Below, piece by piece: positions 26,601 through 38,600 of a stretch of DNA of 64,000 bases. The notes under the pieces are model-generated. The model saw only the letters and a program-made list of their open reading frames with translations, did no database searches and had not been told where the DNA came from. The translations under genes were made by a program, and so were the position numbers. Position 1 is the stretch's first letter. Every line of letters begins with the position of its first letter. The stretch lies in contig OZ365111.1 of the NCBI GenBank assembly GCA_977030845.1, positions 13,516,001 to 13,580,000 of the forward strand. The letters are read 5' to 3'. Source of the stretch: Fimbriosthenelais zetlandica (lineage: Eukaryota).

Positions 26601-29600
26601 TAAGTGGGTATCATGTACATCGCTTTGTTCCTGGCAAAAATTCAGACAAATTTCCATTTATTTCAATCATGAAATGGCTCTAAAAATGGCATACTGATTT
26701 ATGTTCTCGAATGGGAAACTATTTATCTAAATCATTCTGTCTGAAAAATTGGTTCCATTCCAATTTAAATAGAGCCATTGAAGGGTCGGCATGTGTCCAT
26801 CATTTCTTCCATCATTAGGAATACACAGAAAAACTGCGGATAAAGAATTATGGGAAAGATCAACAAGTATAGAACAAGTTGGAGATTAACTTAGGCAACA
26901 ATCCCAAAATCGATTTTACAAAAGGTCATGTTCGCGGATCAATTAATGGTCTAACAACTGAAATGCATTTCAGAGAAGGTCAAGAAAGGTGGCCAGATTG
27001 GAGTAGTTACAGTATAATGATATTTTGTGGTTTTCTATAGTTCCAGGAACTAAGTACTTGGTGCCTCGGTTTTAAAATAGGGGGAGAAAAAATGGCCAGC
27101 TCCTGGCGAGACGGCCACACCTGACCTGACAGGTCAACCACAAATTGTTCACTTCCTCTTTTTTTTATCAAAATCATCAAGTACCAACGATAAAGTGGAG
27201 ATAATCTTTTTATCATTTGTCATCCCTTTATAAAGGGCTCCTCCGACAGTCTTACTGCCTTCCAGGCAAAAATTTCATTTCAACCTCTCCTGTCAGTCTC
27301 GAGATTTATTTATACAATTTCAACAGTGGCCGAACTGAGACCTGAAAAATATATATCTCAATACACTATATAACAAAGAAGGCTCTGTTTGTTGGATAAG
27401 TTCTCATAGTTATAGTGGAAGATAGTTATAGTACAATGTAAGAACAAAATATGGAAAATAATGAAAAAAAGAATATAAGAAAGTAAGAAAGAAAGAAAGA
27501 CAAAAAGAAAGAAAATGACCAAAGGATACAGCTGCTGTCAACTATGTGCAAGAAAGGATCCATAAAATGTAGATACATGTACAGAGAGGTGTGAAAGAGC
27601 GTGAATTTACACCAATACATCCCTCCCCCATCCGTCATCATCAATGTAACCAAGGAAACCTCCAATTTGCTCATGTCGCTCTAAGATTACAGAGGGAAAT
27701 GCGGGTCTAAACATGACTTATTTTACTCTGAAGGCCACAAGCATAGCCTCCATTATTTCACGGCCTCCTCTGATCTCTGGTTTCTCTCCATGTCTTGTCA
27801 CTTTATCGTATCGAAGCTCTAATCATAGGAAACTTCATACCAGTAAGTAAGACACCAAGAAAGAATTAAGTTCATATCCTGATTGTTCAAGATTCATACT
27901 AAACCAGGAAGCAAACCCTCAGTTTCATTTTCTAATGAGGCTATTTATACGAGATGGTTTCCATTGAATACTTCTAGATTTATTTTCCAGAGAATAGTTG
28001 GCAAATATTTCACCAAGAAAAAATCGAATTCCATTTATCATAAAATGTTAATGGAGATTTCATGTGAATTTCGTAGTATCTGAATCAATTTTAGCATTCT
28101 GAGAAATATCCCTGATGCTTCATTTTACTGATAAAAGTTTAAATCTGCATTTTTTCTCCAAGTAAGAATTTTAGTTCTTTTCTTAGTACGGTACATCCCC
28201 CACTTGTGACTGAAGGTCGCTGGGTGTGTAGTAAGATTTGTGTCGTTTGTACACTGATCTAAAGTCACAGGCTCTGTCAGATGAGAGGAACCCGGTGACC
28301 TCCTGATCTGGTCACCTTGGAAACGAGCTCAGGTCACTATGGAAACGGTCTCTGTTGGGTTGCCATGTGACGACAGGAACTAGAGCGATGTCTGTCTGCC
28401 ACATGATACATTCTACCCTAGCTCCACAGTCACATGTATGACCCTACTCTTTTATTTTCTGGAATCGATTTGGACATTTTCTCCTCAGATTAAATATTTA
28501 ATTAGTTCCTTATAATAGGGTCTGAACATAATGGCCTAATGGGGAATTTGAACCATTTCATCAATATTTTCTGAAATTTCATATCTATACGCCCTCTCAC
28601 CAATATTTTCATGTGCATAATATTTATCTCTTGTAAAGCAATAGCCTATATTTTACAGCAGATCCATACAAGTTTTAGTGTAGCAGTAGTACACATATAG
28701 ACCCCATGGCCTAGTATAGTCTCTCTGAGATCCATGCAACAGAATCAAACACGTCTATAAAATACAGACCCATGTGTGATGAATAAAACATAAGTAAGGG
28801 CATTGCCCTCAATGACCTACAATATGGATGGAGGAAATACATGAGTGATGTACATGGAGGAAAATGACCTTCGCACTTTACAAATTCTCAGGTAGATTAG
28901 TGGGGAAGTGTCCGTATATAGGAGGCACTCTAAGCTGGGAGAAGAATGGTCCTATGTGTTGAAGTACAATAGTTAGTAGTACCGACTAAGGAGTACAATG
29001 TATAGAGTAGTACTCAAAGCCTTAAAGTTCTAAGGAGAAATTGACTTCTCATTGGGGTGTAAAACAATAAAGTAAAACCATTCAGTGACATCCACGAGTA
29101 TGGTGCCATACTCAAAGGTGACATATAGGACAGGTTCAGTCAGAGCTGGTCTTGAAATTTGTAGACAGCTTGAATTGGATTTATTGAAAGGAGAGAAGGC
29201 TTGGGTTGTTATGTAATATGTAGTCCAGGTAATTTAATGGAAAAGTGGCAGATCAGCCAACAGCCCGGCGGTATGTATTACGTCACTCTACCGTTTGGGG
29301 CGGTCAAAGGGAAGGGAGGGCTCTATCCGAGTACCGACCGAGTAGACGTGTTTGGCTGTGTTTAATGGGGATGAATCCAAGGCTAAAATATTTAAGGTTC
29401 AGTTTATTTTCCAGGATTATGTCCCCACTGCCTCCAAGGATATTGCTAGAAGTTATGTAACGTATCTTAAGGCTGAACTTCAGTTATATTGAGGGAAGCT
29501 GCCATAATAAATGCTGGGTCAATTTGGTTCTAATTTCAGTGCTGAATCTTGAACTTTATTGGAGAATTTAGATTATAGAATTTATAGAAAATAATAATTG

Positions 29601-32600
29601 GAAAAACTTTACCAAAATTTACCTAAATCTTAATCGTTAATCCAAGTGTTAGAATAAATCCAAGGTTGAACAGAGCAATAAAATATATGAGAACATAGCT
29701 TCGTTGAGATCATGTAAATGTGACTGATCTGACCCTTGTAATCCTCAGTGGTCTGAATAGTAATGTCCACCTATAAACTTTAACATTGGCTGATCCTACA
29801 TATCCGGTCTACTATCATTAACCTTATTTCCTTATCTCTTCATTTACATACAACCATTTCACAACCGTGTCTACTTTTCTGGTGAGTCAGAAGCGCTATC
29901 TTCCACTATCAGTCTTGTATATCGACTTAGAATTAAAATCTTATTCAACATTACTAGAACAGTAAAAGAAGGACTAATCTTTAATTGCAGTTGAAGATCG
30001 GATGTGCTTCCTCTGCATCAGTGATTAGGACAGTGGGATGAATGGCCATTCAATCAACCTTATCAACAGGTTTCTACGGAATCCTACAATGAGGATTGAA
30101 ACTTCAGAAGTGCCGAGCAAACACTTGAGATTTTTAAAACTCCTGGCCTTTGGAATCTAACGAGTCATCGATCGATCCGATCCTAAAGACAACAAAATAC
30201 CAATGTGATGACTGCACCCTGCTCACCTTTTCCGGTGAATATTTGTAACGGGGATTTTTTTTGAAGTTCCAGGTGCTTATCTAGTACTTGAAAAGTGGAT
30301 ATTGTGTAGTTCGTTCATTGTGACTGATTGGAGACGATCTGTCAACATATGTTGGTGCAAACCTTTCACGATGGTATTGAACAAGATAGAGACATCAAAA
30401 GGAGGTCCTTCATAATGGTCAGCGTTTACCCCTTGACTTTTCGCCCTATAAAGGCACTGGGATATATAAACCTATGTATTGAAACTTGCTCTACATATTT
30501 TCGAGATATCAGTTCTATCCATGAATCATACCATATCGATTATTTTTTGAGAATCAAGTAACAGGAAGTATTGTAACCTAACAAAAAATATAGATGGAGA
30601 ATCAAGGTTGTATGTCATGGGAAGGGGCAGAAAGTGCTTAAAGTAGCACAACAACAGTTGTGTCATGGATGTGTTGCCAGCCTCTGGGCTTAGGTCCCGG
30701 GCCAGGGTAGAAATGACAGAGGTGGCTCTGTCATTTTCACAATAACTTGATTGTCTGGCCTATTACAGCACTGTTACATGCTTGACGGGAGCACTTTACT
30801 TATAAAGCAAGTAAACTGAGGTAATATCCTCACCATATACAAGTATACCACCCTAACCTCTATACCACTCCATCTCCACCTGAACGCCTTACAGAACACC
30901 TGACTGGTATAAGCATTTACTACTCCAAATAGCCATGCATGTAGGACGCTTAATCTGCCCATCTAATAGAATAATGTGAATCATTACCTTAAACGCTCAA
31001 TGTGCACATCTTCCAGTTTTTGTAAAATGGAGCCGAGGATGGGTTGAAAATGTAAGGTATGACAGGTATGATAGTCCCTGGTAGAGTTGGCAAGGTGATG
31101 GCACTTAGAAAAATAAAAATCGGTGTGTTCCCCAGCAGCCTTTAACACAATGAAGTCCTGCCAAGAATACACACACCTGAGATGCAAGTAGCCACTTTCT
31201 ACCTCTCCCCTCCTCAAACTCAGATCCATGGTTTGGCTGGCCCTCAGCCTACCTTTTCTTATCCCATGCATGCGCTCTACCGTATGTATTCTTGCCATTC
31301 AACACTGGGCTCTCAAACATAGCATTGTCTGGAATACCCAGTCCCAAATGAGGCAGATGCCAATGTATAAAACAATAGGGAAAACACATGAAAACGTATA
31401 CTATTGTCTGAGATTTAATGAATAGTTCTTAATGAAGTCAGGTTGTATTTTCGGACTGTATAGTGGACGCAAACTGTGGGTTAACCTATATTTCTTTTCC
31501 CTGGGTTGACCCATACTGTTTCCCTTACTGGAGTATCCGTCCTCCCAGTGGGTGTTCCTTGATCCCCTCGCCGCCTTGTACCCTCATACAAGCTGACCAT
31601 ACAAATGACTGACCAGAGGCGGTCTGGTGGACCTCACATGGGGGTATCATATATACACATGGCTGCAGGCTCCACCCACCAGGCTAACACTTTCACAGGC
31701 TTCCCTGAACAAAAACACACCTGATACTGTCCAAAACCTCTCCGCTTCATTTACTACCTGAGAACAGTATATATTACAGGGACTGTAGTCACCCAAGGCT
31801 GGCAAAAGGGAAAATATATCCATAAAAAAATCTTTGTAAATTGAAATATTTTTGAGCGTCTTTTGGTGTAAATCAATTGGAAAATACGATAATTATTAGA
31901 AAAGAGAAAGTTCACCATCTGTCGACTTCTTGATTTTTTTTATCCCGTGCCACAGAGACTTTACTATTGAACTATGTAATGTTGTAATATGTCTATTCTA
32001 AGAATACAAACTGAAAGTATTACACGGGAATAATCCGATATCTTTGTTCATTGATAGTAAGAAGAGGGAAGTCCCCTTATATGTTTACATTGTCATTGTG
32101 ACAGCAGTCAAAGAAGACGGGAAGTAGATAGTACCTGTAGTTTTGAAGCAAACAATGATCTATCTCATCTTTGATTTTTTTATAGTCAGAATGCTGTAAG
32201 AAATGGATAAATTAAGTACGCATGTTCCCCTACACCAGTATGAATAGATATCCTATAAAAGACTGACTGTAATTAATTTTTCATGGATAACATTTCAGGA
32301 TTCAGGCCCAGAATCAATGAATACAGTGCTACTGTTGGGTGGCCTTTACTTTTACTTCTCTAAATAGAAACCCAAATGGGAGAAAAAAAAATGGGTGCTT
32401 GAGCTTCCAATTTACCAAACAAATGAGCATATCATCTCCACATATATCACCACATTTCTACTCTGGCTACACTAGAGTATTTTTTCTCACCCATCTTTTT
32501 GCTTACAGCCATGCTTGTCAGTGGACAGGAGCCATGAACATGTAGATACAGGTGCACCCTGGGTTACCATGGCTACAGGCATCTACAGGTTAAGTATAGG

Positions 32601-35600
32601 TTGTCTTTTCCATTTCTATCCTCCATTGTCCGTCAGCAGTTTTGCACTGATGGCCCCAGTTAATTGTGTAGAGTGCGAACCAAGTGCCCTTTCTTTACGA
32701 GATCAAATTTCAGAAAGAAGTGAACACCGAGGCACAAGGAACATCACGCCTGTTTTCGGGTATCGAATGATAGTAAAATTCAGCAGTGAAAAAAAGAGCC
32801 ATTGGAGTCAAGGCAATCTGACGAACTCGAGAAATGAGCCGAGAGACGGAAGGTTGCTCACTATTGTACATAGAGCTAAGTACATGTACAATATGCATGC
32901 ACAAGTAAGCATGAAAGTTGTGGGGACAGACATAGATAGGTTAAATGGTTTAGGGACAATATTTTGGAAATGTCCTGCCCTCTATAATCGATAAACCTTT
33001 AAGGGTTAATGCTTCGTAAAATATTTTACGATTTGGCCAATTTTTTTATTATTTTAAACCGTATAAAATTTGGGATCAATTGAAGCAAATGACACAAGAG
33101 AAAAGCATTTCATTTCGCAATAAAAAGGCAATGGTTTCAGTGACCTGAAGATAATTAAAGGGGACACAGTGAAAGGTTGACCCTGTCACACTCAGAAACA
33201 CTGGTATCCCCTCAGGTGCCATCACTGTACTAATGACCCCCCCCCCCTTTAACGGGTAACTTTAAAGGTATCCTATTGTTAGGGAATACATGTCAAATGC
33301 CACTCGCCCTCATGAGAGCCAGCCACTCACACAAAACAGTTTTCTAGCTGTGAAAAACTTTCCAAGATTTTAAACCACCCAACATTGAACATTTACCTCT
33401 CAACTCAAGAGTTCAAGTGAGTCTATTTCCAGGTTACAGAGGAGGAGGAGGCATAAGGGGTCATATCGCGTGGCAACAATGCAGGCCTACCTTACTAATG
33501 GTAAATCATCAAGATCGATTGCCTCTTAACATTATTAAGTTTCAGTAGCAATAAAAGTATGAGAGAGCACTCAGATCTATGATAGCATCAGAGTAGGCCA
33601 TTAGAGATGATTATCTCAATTAGTCAAGGCTTTTTTTTTAGTAAGTGAGCACTGATTTAATTCCAGAGTGCAACATTATGTTTACTAAACTGAGTGTGTT
33701 CACAGTTGGTCCAACAAGACTGTCTTGTCCCGGAAAAACCTTGGAAGGAACAAGGAGTAAAGGTGTCGAGAAATGAAGAACATTAACCTTGCTCGGATGC
33801 TTCCATACAAATTAATATGGGATCCAAAGTTGGTAACTCAACGGAGCAAGCCAATGCAGTAAATGTAGTGGAAAATGTTATTCCAACAGGCAAGTCTTTC
33901 TGCACCTTATTCAAAACTTGAAATCTAAATTTACTGGAAGGCCCTGGGTCTATCCTATACATTTCAACTGTACAAAGTACACACCCCCTCTGACACCCTG
34001 GTAAAATACAAATATTAGTCTCTGCACACAAGCCTTGAGGGAGGAATACCACATATTTAATTCTGTACATATTTGCCCTTGGAAGAGGCATTGGTGGAGG
34101 GTAAACGAGGTTTGACACCACGTACGTGGGCATAACAATGCTTGAAGCCTACATGAAGCCTATATAGGCGCCCTACCTCCTTCACAAGACAATACCTGCA
34201 TGTAGGCTTAAGACTCATGTCCTTGGGATTTCCCTACATGGTCTTACTTGTAAACAATATAGCGATAATTAACTTAAAATATATTTTTGTATGCCTCAAA
34301 ACATACCTTTGAACTGCAGTGTTTTTCCTATGTATGACAATTTGGAATAGATAGATTGACATCTTATACCTGGAAGGATGATTCCCAATATAGAGAACTA
34401 AGGTGCATTATCAAGTAATTAGCGCCACTTAATTACACATTTTAAACTATTAAAGGCCACTCAGAGGTCAGGTACAAATGAGAATTGCCAGTGAGAGACC
34501 ACACAAGGTGAATGCATCCACCCACTGGACTATTCAATCAAATGCATTATGTAGGAACCGGCGGTGGAATATTTCACTTTCAAGTATGTAAGGCTTCCCT
34601 GCTGGAGGGCTGGCTCTACTTGGATCAATCCTATCCAGATATCCAGAAGAAAATACAAACAAAATGTGGGATTATACCCACATGAAAGTCACCCAGATAA
34701 TCTTATCAAAACCATCGGGTATTTGGTACTGGGATTATCATTGAAAACATACAGATCCCGGAAGGGTTGTGAGTTAAGGGGGATGGGGGTGTATAATCAA
34801 GTGTTCTGGCCCCTCATTCAGTGGTATTTCAGGGTGGCATTATAAAGTTACCCCCAGGTCAGGGGGAGAGGCCAGCTTTCTTTGTGTTGATATCAGTTGC
34901 TATGAGACCTGTCTCACACACCCTCACACACGTGGCCGGGGGGGCTATAGCTGAAGGTGTCTCTAACTCAGACAGAGGGACAACTGCTGATATTTCCTGT
35001 ATTTTCCCATTTCAATACGACGGTGTGATATCATGCAGATGAAGCGCTATTCCCACTATTTGCAATGACTGACTGTGGACAAAAGGTCCAACCCCAGGTC
35101 TGAATAGTCGTCCCCTAATCTCGAACCCTAAAACCTCCCATGGTTGGCACACTATGGAGCATATCACACCTTAGTAAGTCAATGTTCCTCATTCACTGTG
35201 TCGTTGTAAGGGTTGTCAGGGCCTTTTCTATGGCCTAAGGCAGGGAGACTCGACCAGCCAGGGTTCATGGATGGTAATGGTGAATCAGGGGGTTGATGGA
35301 GTTACACCAGGGCTATTTCATCACATTGGGGATATGTTAGAAGATGTCAAATATTTACAAGCACAGGCGGAGGTTTCACAATGAGAGATACATCTAGGTG
35401 ATTTCATCCATGTATATGCAGGGCTAGAAATTAACGGGGGTCTTGCGTCCAAAGACCATTGAAATTTGGTGGTCTGTTTCTATTTTCACAGTTTTGGGTA
35501 GTTCGAAAACTGTAATCCATGGTAGTCTGCACAGACCACCAGATTCAAAATTTAATTTCAAGACTGCACCTTAAAGACTGCATCATAACTATAGAAAATA

Positions 35601-38600
35601 TAAATATAGAAATTATCCCGAGGCATTACTTACATAGGTCCTGCAATATATAGAAGACAAACTCACCTGAAAAATAGGAAAATACATTTAACTTTAATAC
35701 AGAGGATTTAATGATTTCTTGCAATCAAATCCGTGTTAGTTTGTGACCTGTCACTTCAGTTTGTGACCTGCCAACAGCAAAAATGAGAAATATAGCACAA
35801 AACTAAATTGCCCCAGCCTCAAACAAGGCTTACAGTAAATGGCCTAAGGTCAGCCAGTAATTTACAGCCGTCAGTAAAATGGACTCTTAAACAGAGCGTT
35901 AAAGAACTATTTGAATTTTATTGCTGCATTTACAAGCGGTTCAAACCATTAACAGCGATCCACATTTTTTACCCAAAAAGAGTAAAAAAAAAATTGGAAA
36001 ACAAAAGTGGATAAAATAACTTGTTTTTGTTCTGATCTTGCTATATTTGGAAGCTAGTCTCCACCAATAAACCATTTCATATTCAGTTGACAGCAGTGTG
36101 AAGAGCATTATGACCTCTTGATGTTTGTCATTTGAAGAGGTCACAGCTGGGGTCAATGTGTTGGTCGTATCTGTAGCGGCGGTATGTGAGAAGTGGTCTA
36201 TGTGGGTAGAGGGAGAGAGTGGTATATAGAGGGAGGGGAGATTTTAGCTGAGGGCAGTGTGTGGTGAGGTGGCCACACTTCATCAGTAGTTGACACTAGC
36301 TGACGTTTATCATTGACATTGGCTGGTCAGATAGACTGGCTCTCTACTCTCAAGACAAAAGGGGGGCAGGTCCGGGGGCGGGTTAACTTGCATTTTTCTG
36401 CCTTTTCTATCTATTCAGGGTCAACCAGCGCCCCAACCCAATATCACTGCATCTGTCTTTAAATAAAGAAAAGGGCATCTAGGATCTAGATGGGAAATTC
36501 CACTTGAGGCATTGGTCGAGGCATTCAAGAAACAGAATGGCATATACCAGGCATAATGAATGTACATGTATACAGTCTGTCCAATCTAAGTTAGAAACCA
36601 AGACATTAGAAAACACAGTACATTTCTATGGTGCAATGGTTTCGGCTCAACTTAGTTTGAACAGACTTCAGACAATTTCATGAGCCTGCTCTTTTTTATG
36701 AAGCTAGATAGGCCTAAGTAAATAATGTAAAGATCATTATTTCGATTTTTAAATGATTAATTAACCTGGAAAGGAGAAAATTGTAATAAAGAAGATTAGA
36801 GCAAGACTAGCGGTCAGACAGTGTGGCGGAGATGATCTGGCCCAGTCTGACCCTCTCCTGCCCTCCTGCTAACACCACTCTTACTGCGTGGGAAACACAA
36901 TCATGGCCACCAGACTGATGTGCTATGTTGTATGGATTACATGCTTGTCCACCAAATACATCCCTCTTCCCACTCACTCACACATGTACTTAGTTATAGT
37001 TCACTCTCTCTCTATTATATGCGTTACATGTGTGTGCCATGTATATGTACCAGAGGTATATGTACCCACAAGGACATGTCAGAATCCATACATTAGCAAG
37101 GCATACATATTGACAAAGTACATAACGCATTGCTTCAAGGGGGTAATCATTTTAACACCTGAGAAGATGCGTAGAAGCAGCCTAGGTCTGCACAATGTAC
37201 GTTGACCCCCGAAAATGGTTCGGACATTTTTAAACATGCTTTGGTATGATGTAGATCAAATCTGAACTGTTTTCCCTGATTTTTTTTCCCCTCAGTAAGC
37301 CCTTATATATTCCAGGAAATCATTTGAAGCACTCTGAACTTCACTATGGGAAGATTACCTTTCTGACCCTGTTTTTTCCCTGATTTTCCCCAGTTTTCCT
37401 TGTCTAAAAAACTAAAACTCATTCTCCAGGTTTTCCCTGATTTCCGGAGTCACTGTGAACCCAATTTAGAGAGCTTATACTGGTGCTTACCTCCTTCCTG
37501 TCAAAAAGGGCGGGGTTGGAAGTCAAATGGAAATCAAGTTAGGAAGAAACCAACAAAAGGTCAATGACTGACCTTTCGGTGCCACAAGAACTCCTTTACC
37601 GAGCAGAGTAAACATGGACAAGTGCCATGGTTTGTTTTGTCCGGCTGGTCAGCCCCCAGTGTCCCCTTACAATGTTGCCTTTCTTCTCCCCTGCCCTACT
37701 TCCCTTATGTCTCCATACCCCCAGCAGGTGGCGTCGGGGGTAGATAGGAAAAACTGACCACACCCAACGCTTGACCAGTGTCCAGTTGGTTGGGTCCATC
37801 TGTGGACAGCTGGTACTAGCCGGAACGCCCCCCTGTGGCTGTACTGGCCGACCCGCCCAGCATGGCCACCCAATACACATCCTTACATGTCCACCCGACA
37901 CTCGTGGGGGCGTTTGGTCTCGCCCCAAACATTATTTACCACAAATATCCCATTTCTGTCCCCACTAATCAAGGCGAGGAAGTCAAAATTAAGACCATAC
38001 GTGGCGACATATTAATGACAACTTAAGCATCCTTCTTGGAAATTAAGCCCATCGACAATCTTGAACATATCTCCCAAATCAAAGAGTGAATAACTGGAAT
38101 TTAAATTTAGAGAATTAACTGTCTATAATACTGCTAATTTAATTTTTAACTGATTATATTCTCATTATTTTAAGATTTTGTGACTGAAGCCATTGCTAAG
38201 ATATAAACCAGATCTTTGTTCTTTAAAAACTTCTTGAAATCTGGCCCTGAACAAGAATTCACAGGATTCCTGCGGTTCTAAGATGTTTTGAAAAAAAATG
38301 AACTGGAAATTCATCGAAATCATCGCTAGTAGTATAGTGGGTATCTATAGCTCGCGCTTCTCGAATATTAGAAGGGCCTGAGTGTAAATGGTTGAGTGGT
38401 TGGCATTTCTAGCTTGAACTTTGTAATGTACATGATGTACATGTTTTTGACATCAGCAGAGGTTGACATTTCCCCTCTCAAGTGGATCTCCGCCCTATAC
38501 TGACCCCTGGCGGCGTCTCAGATGGAGGACTGTGATCTCAGACTGTGTCAAGTAGCGGGGGAGGATCCTACATATATAGATTCCACCATGTCTGTAGACA

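Noticed and set aside
36745-36790. Strong acceptor TTTTCTCCTTTCCAG|GTTAAT as a second ratchet point
   Set aside because: The donor half (GTTAAT) is weak and no downstream exon definition was evident.
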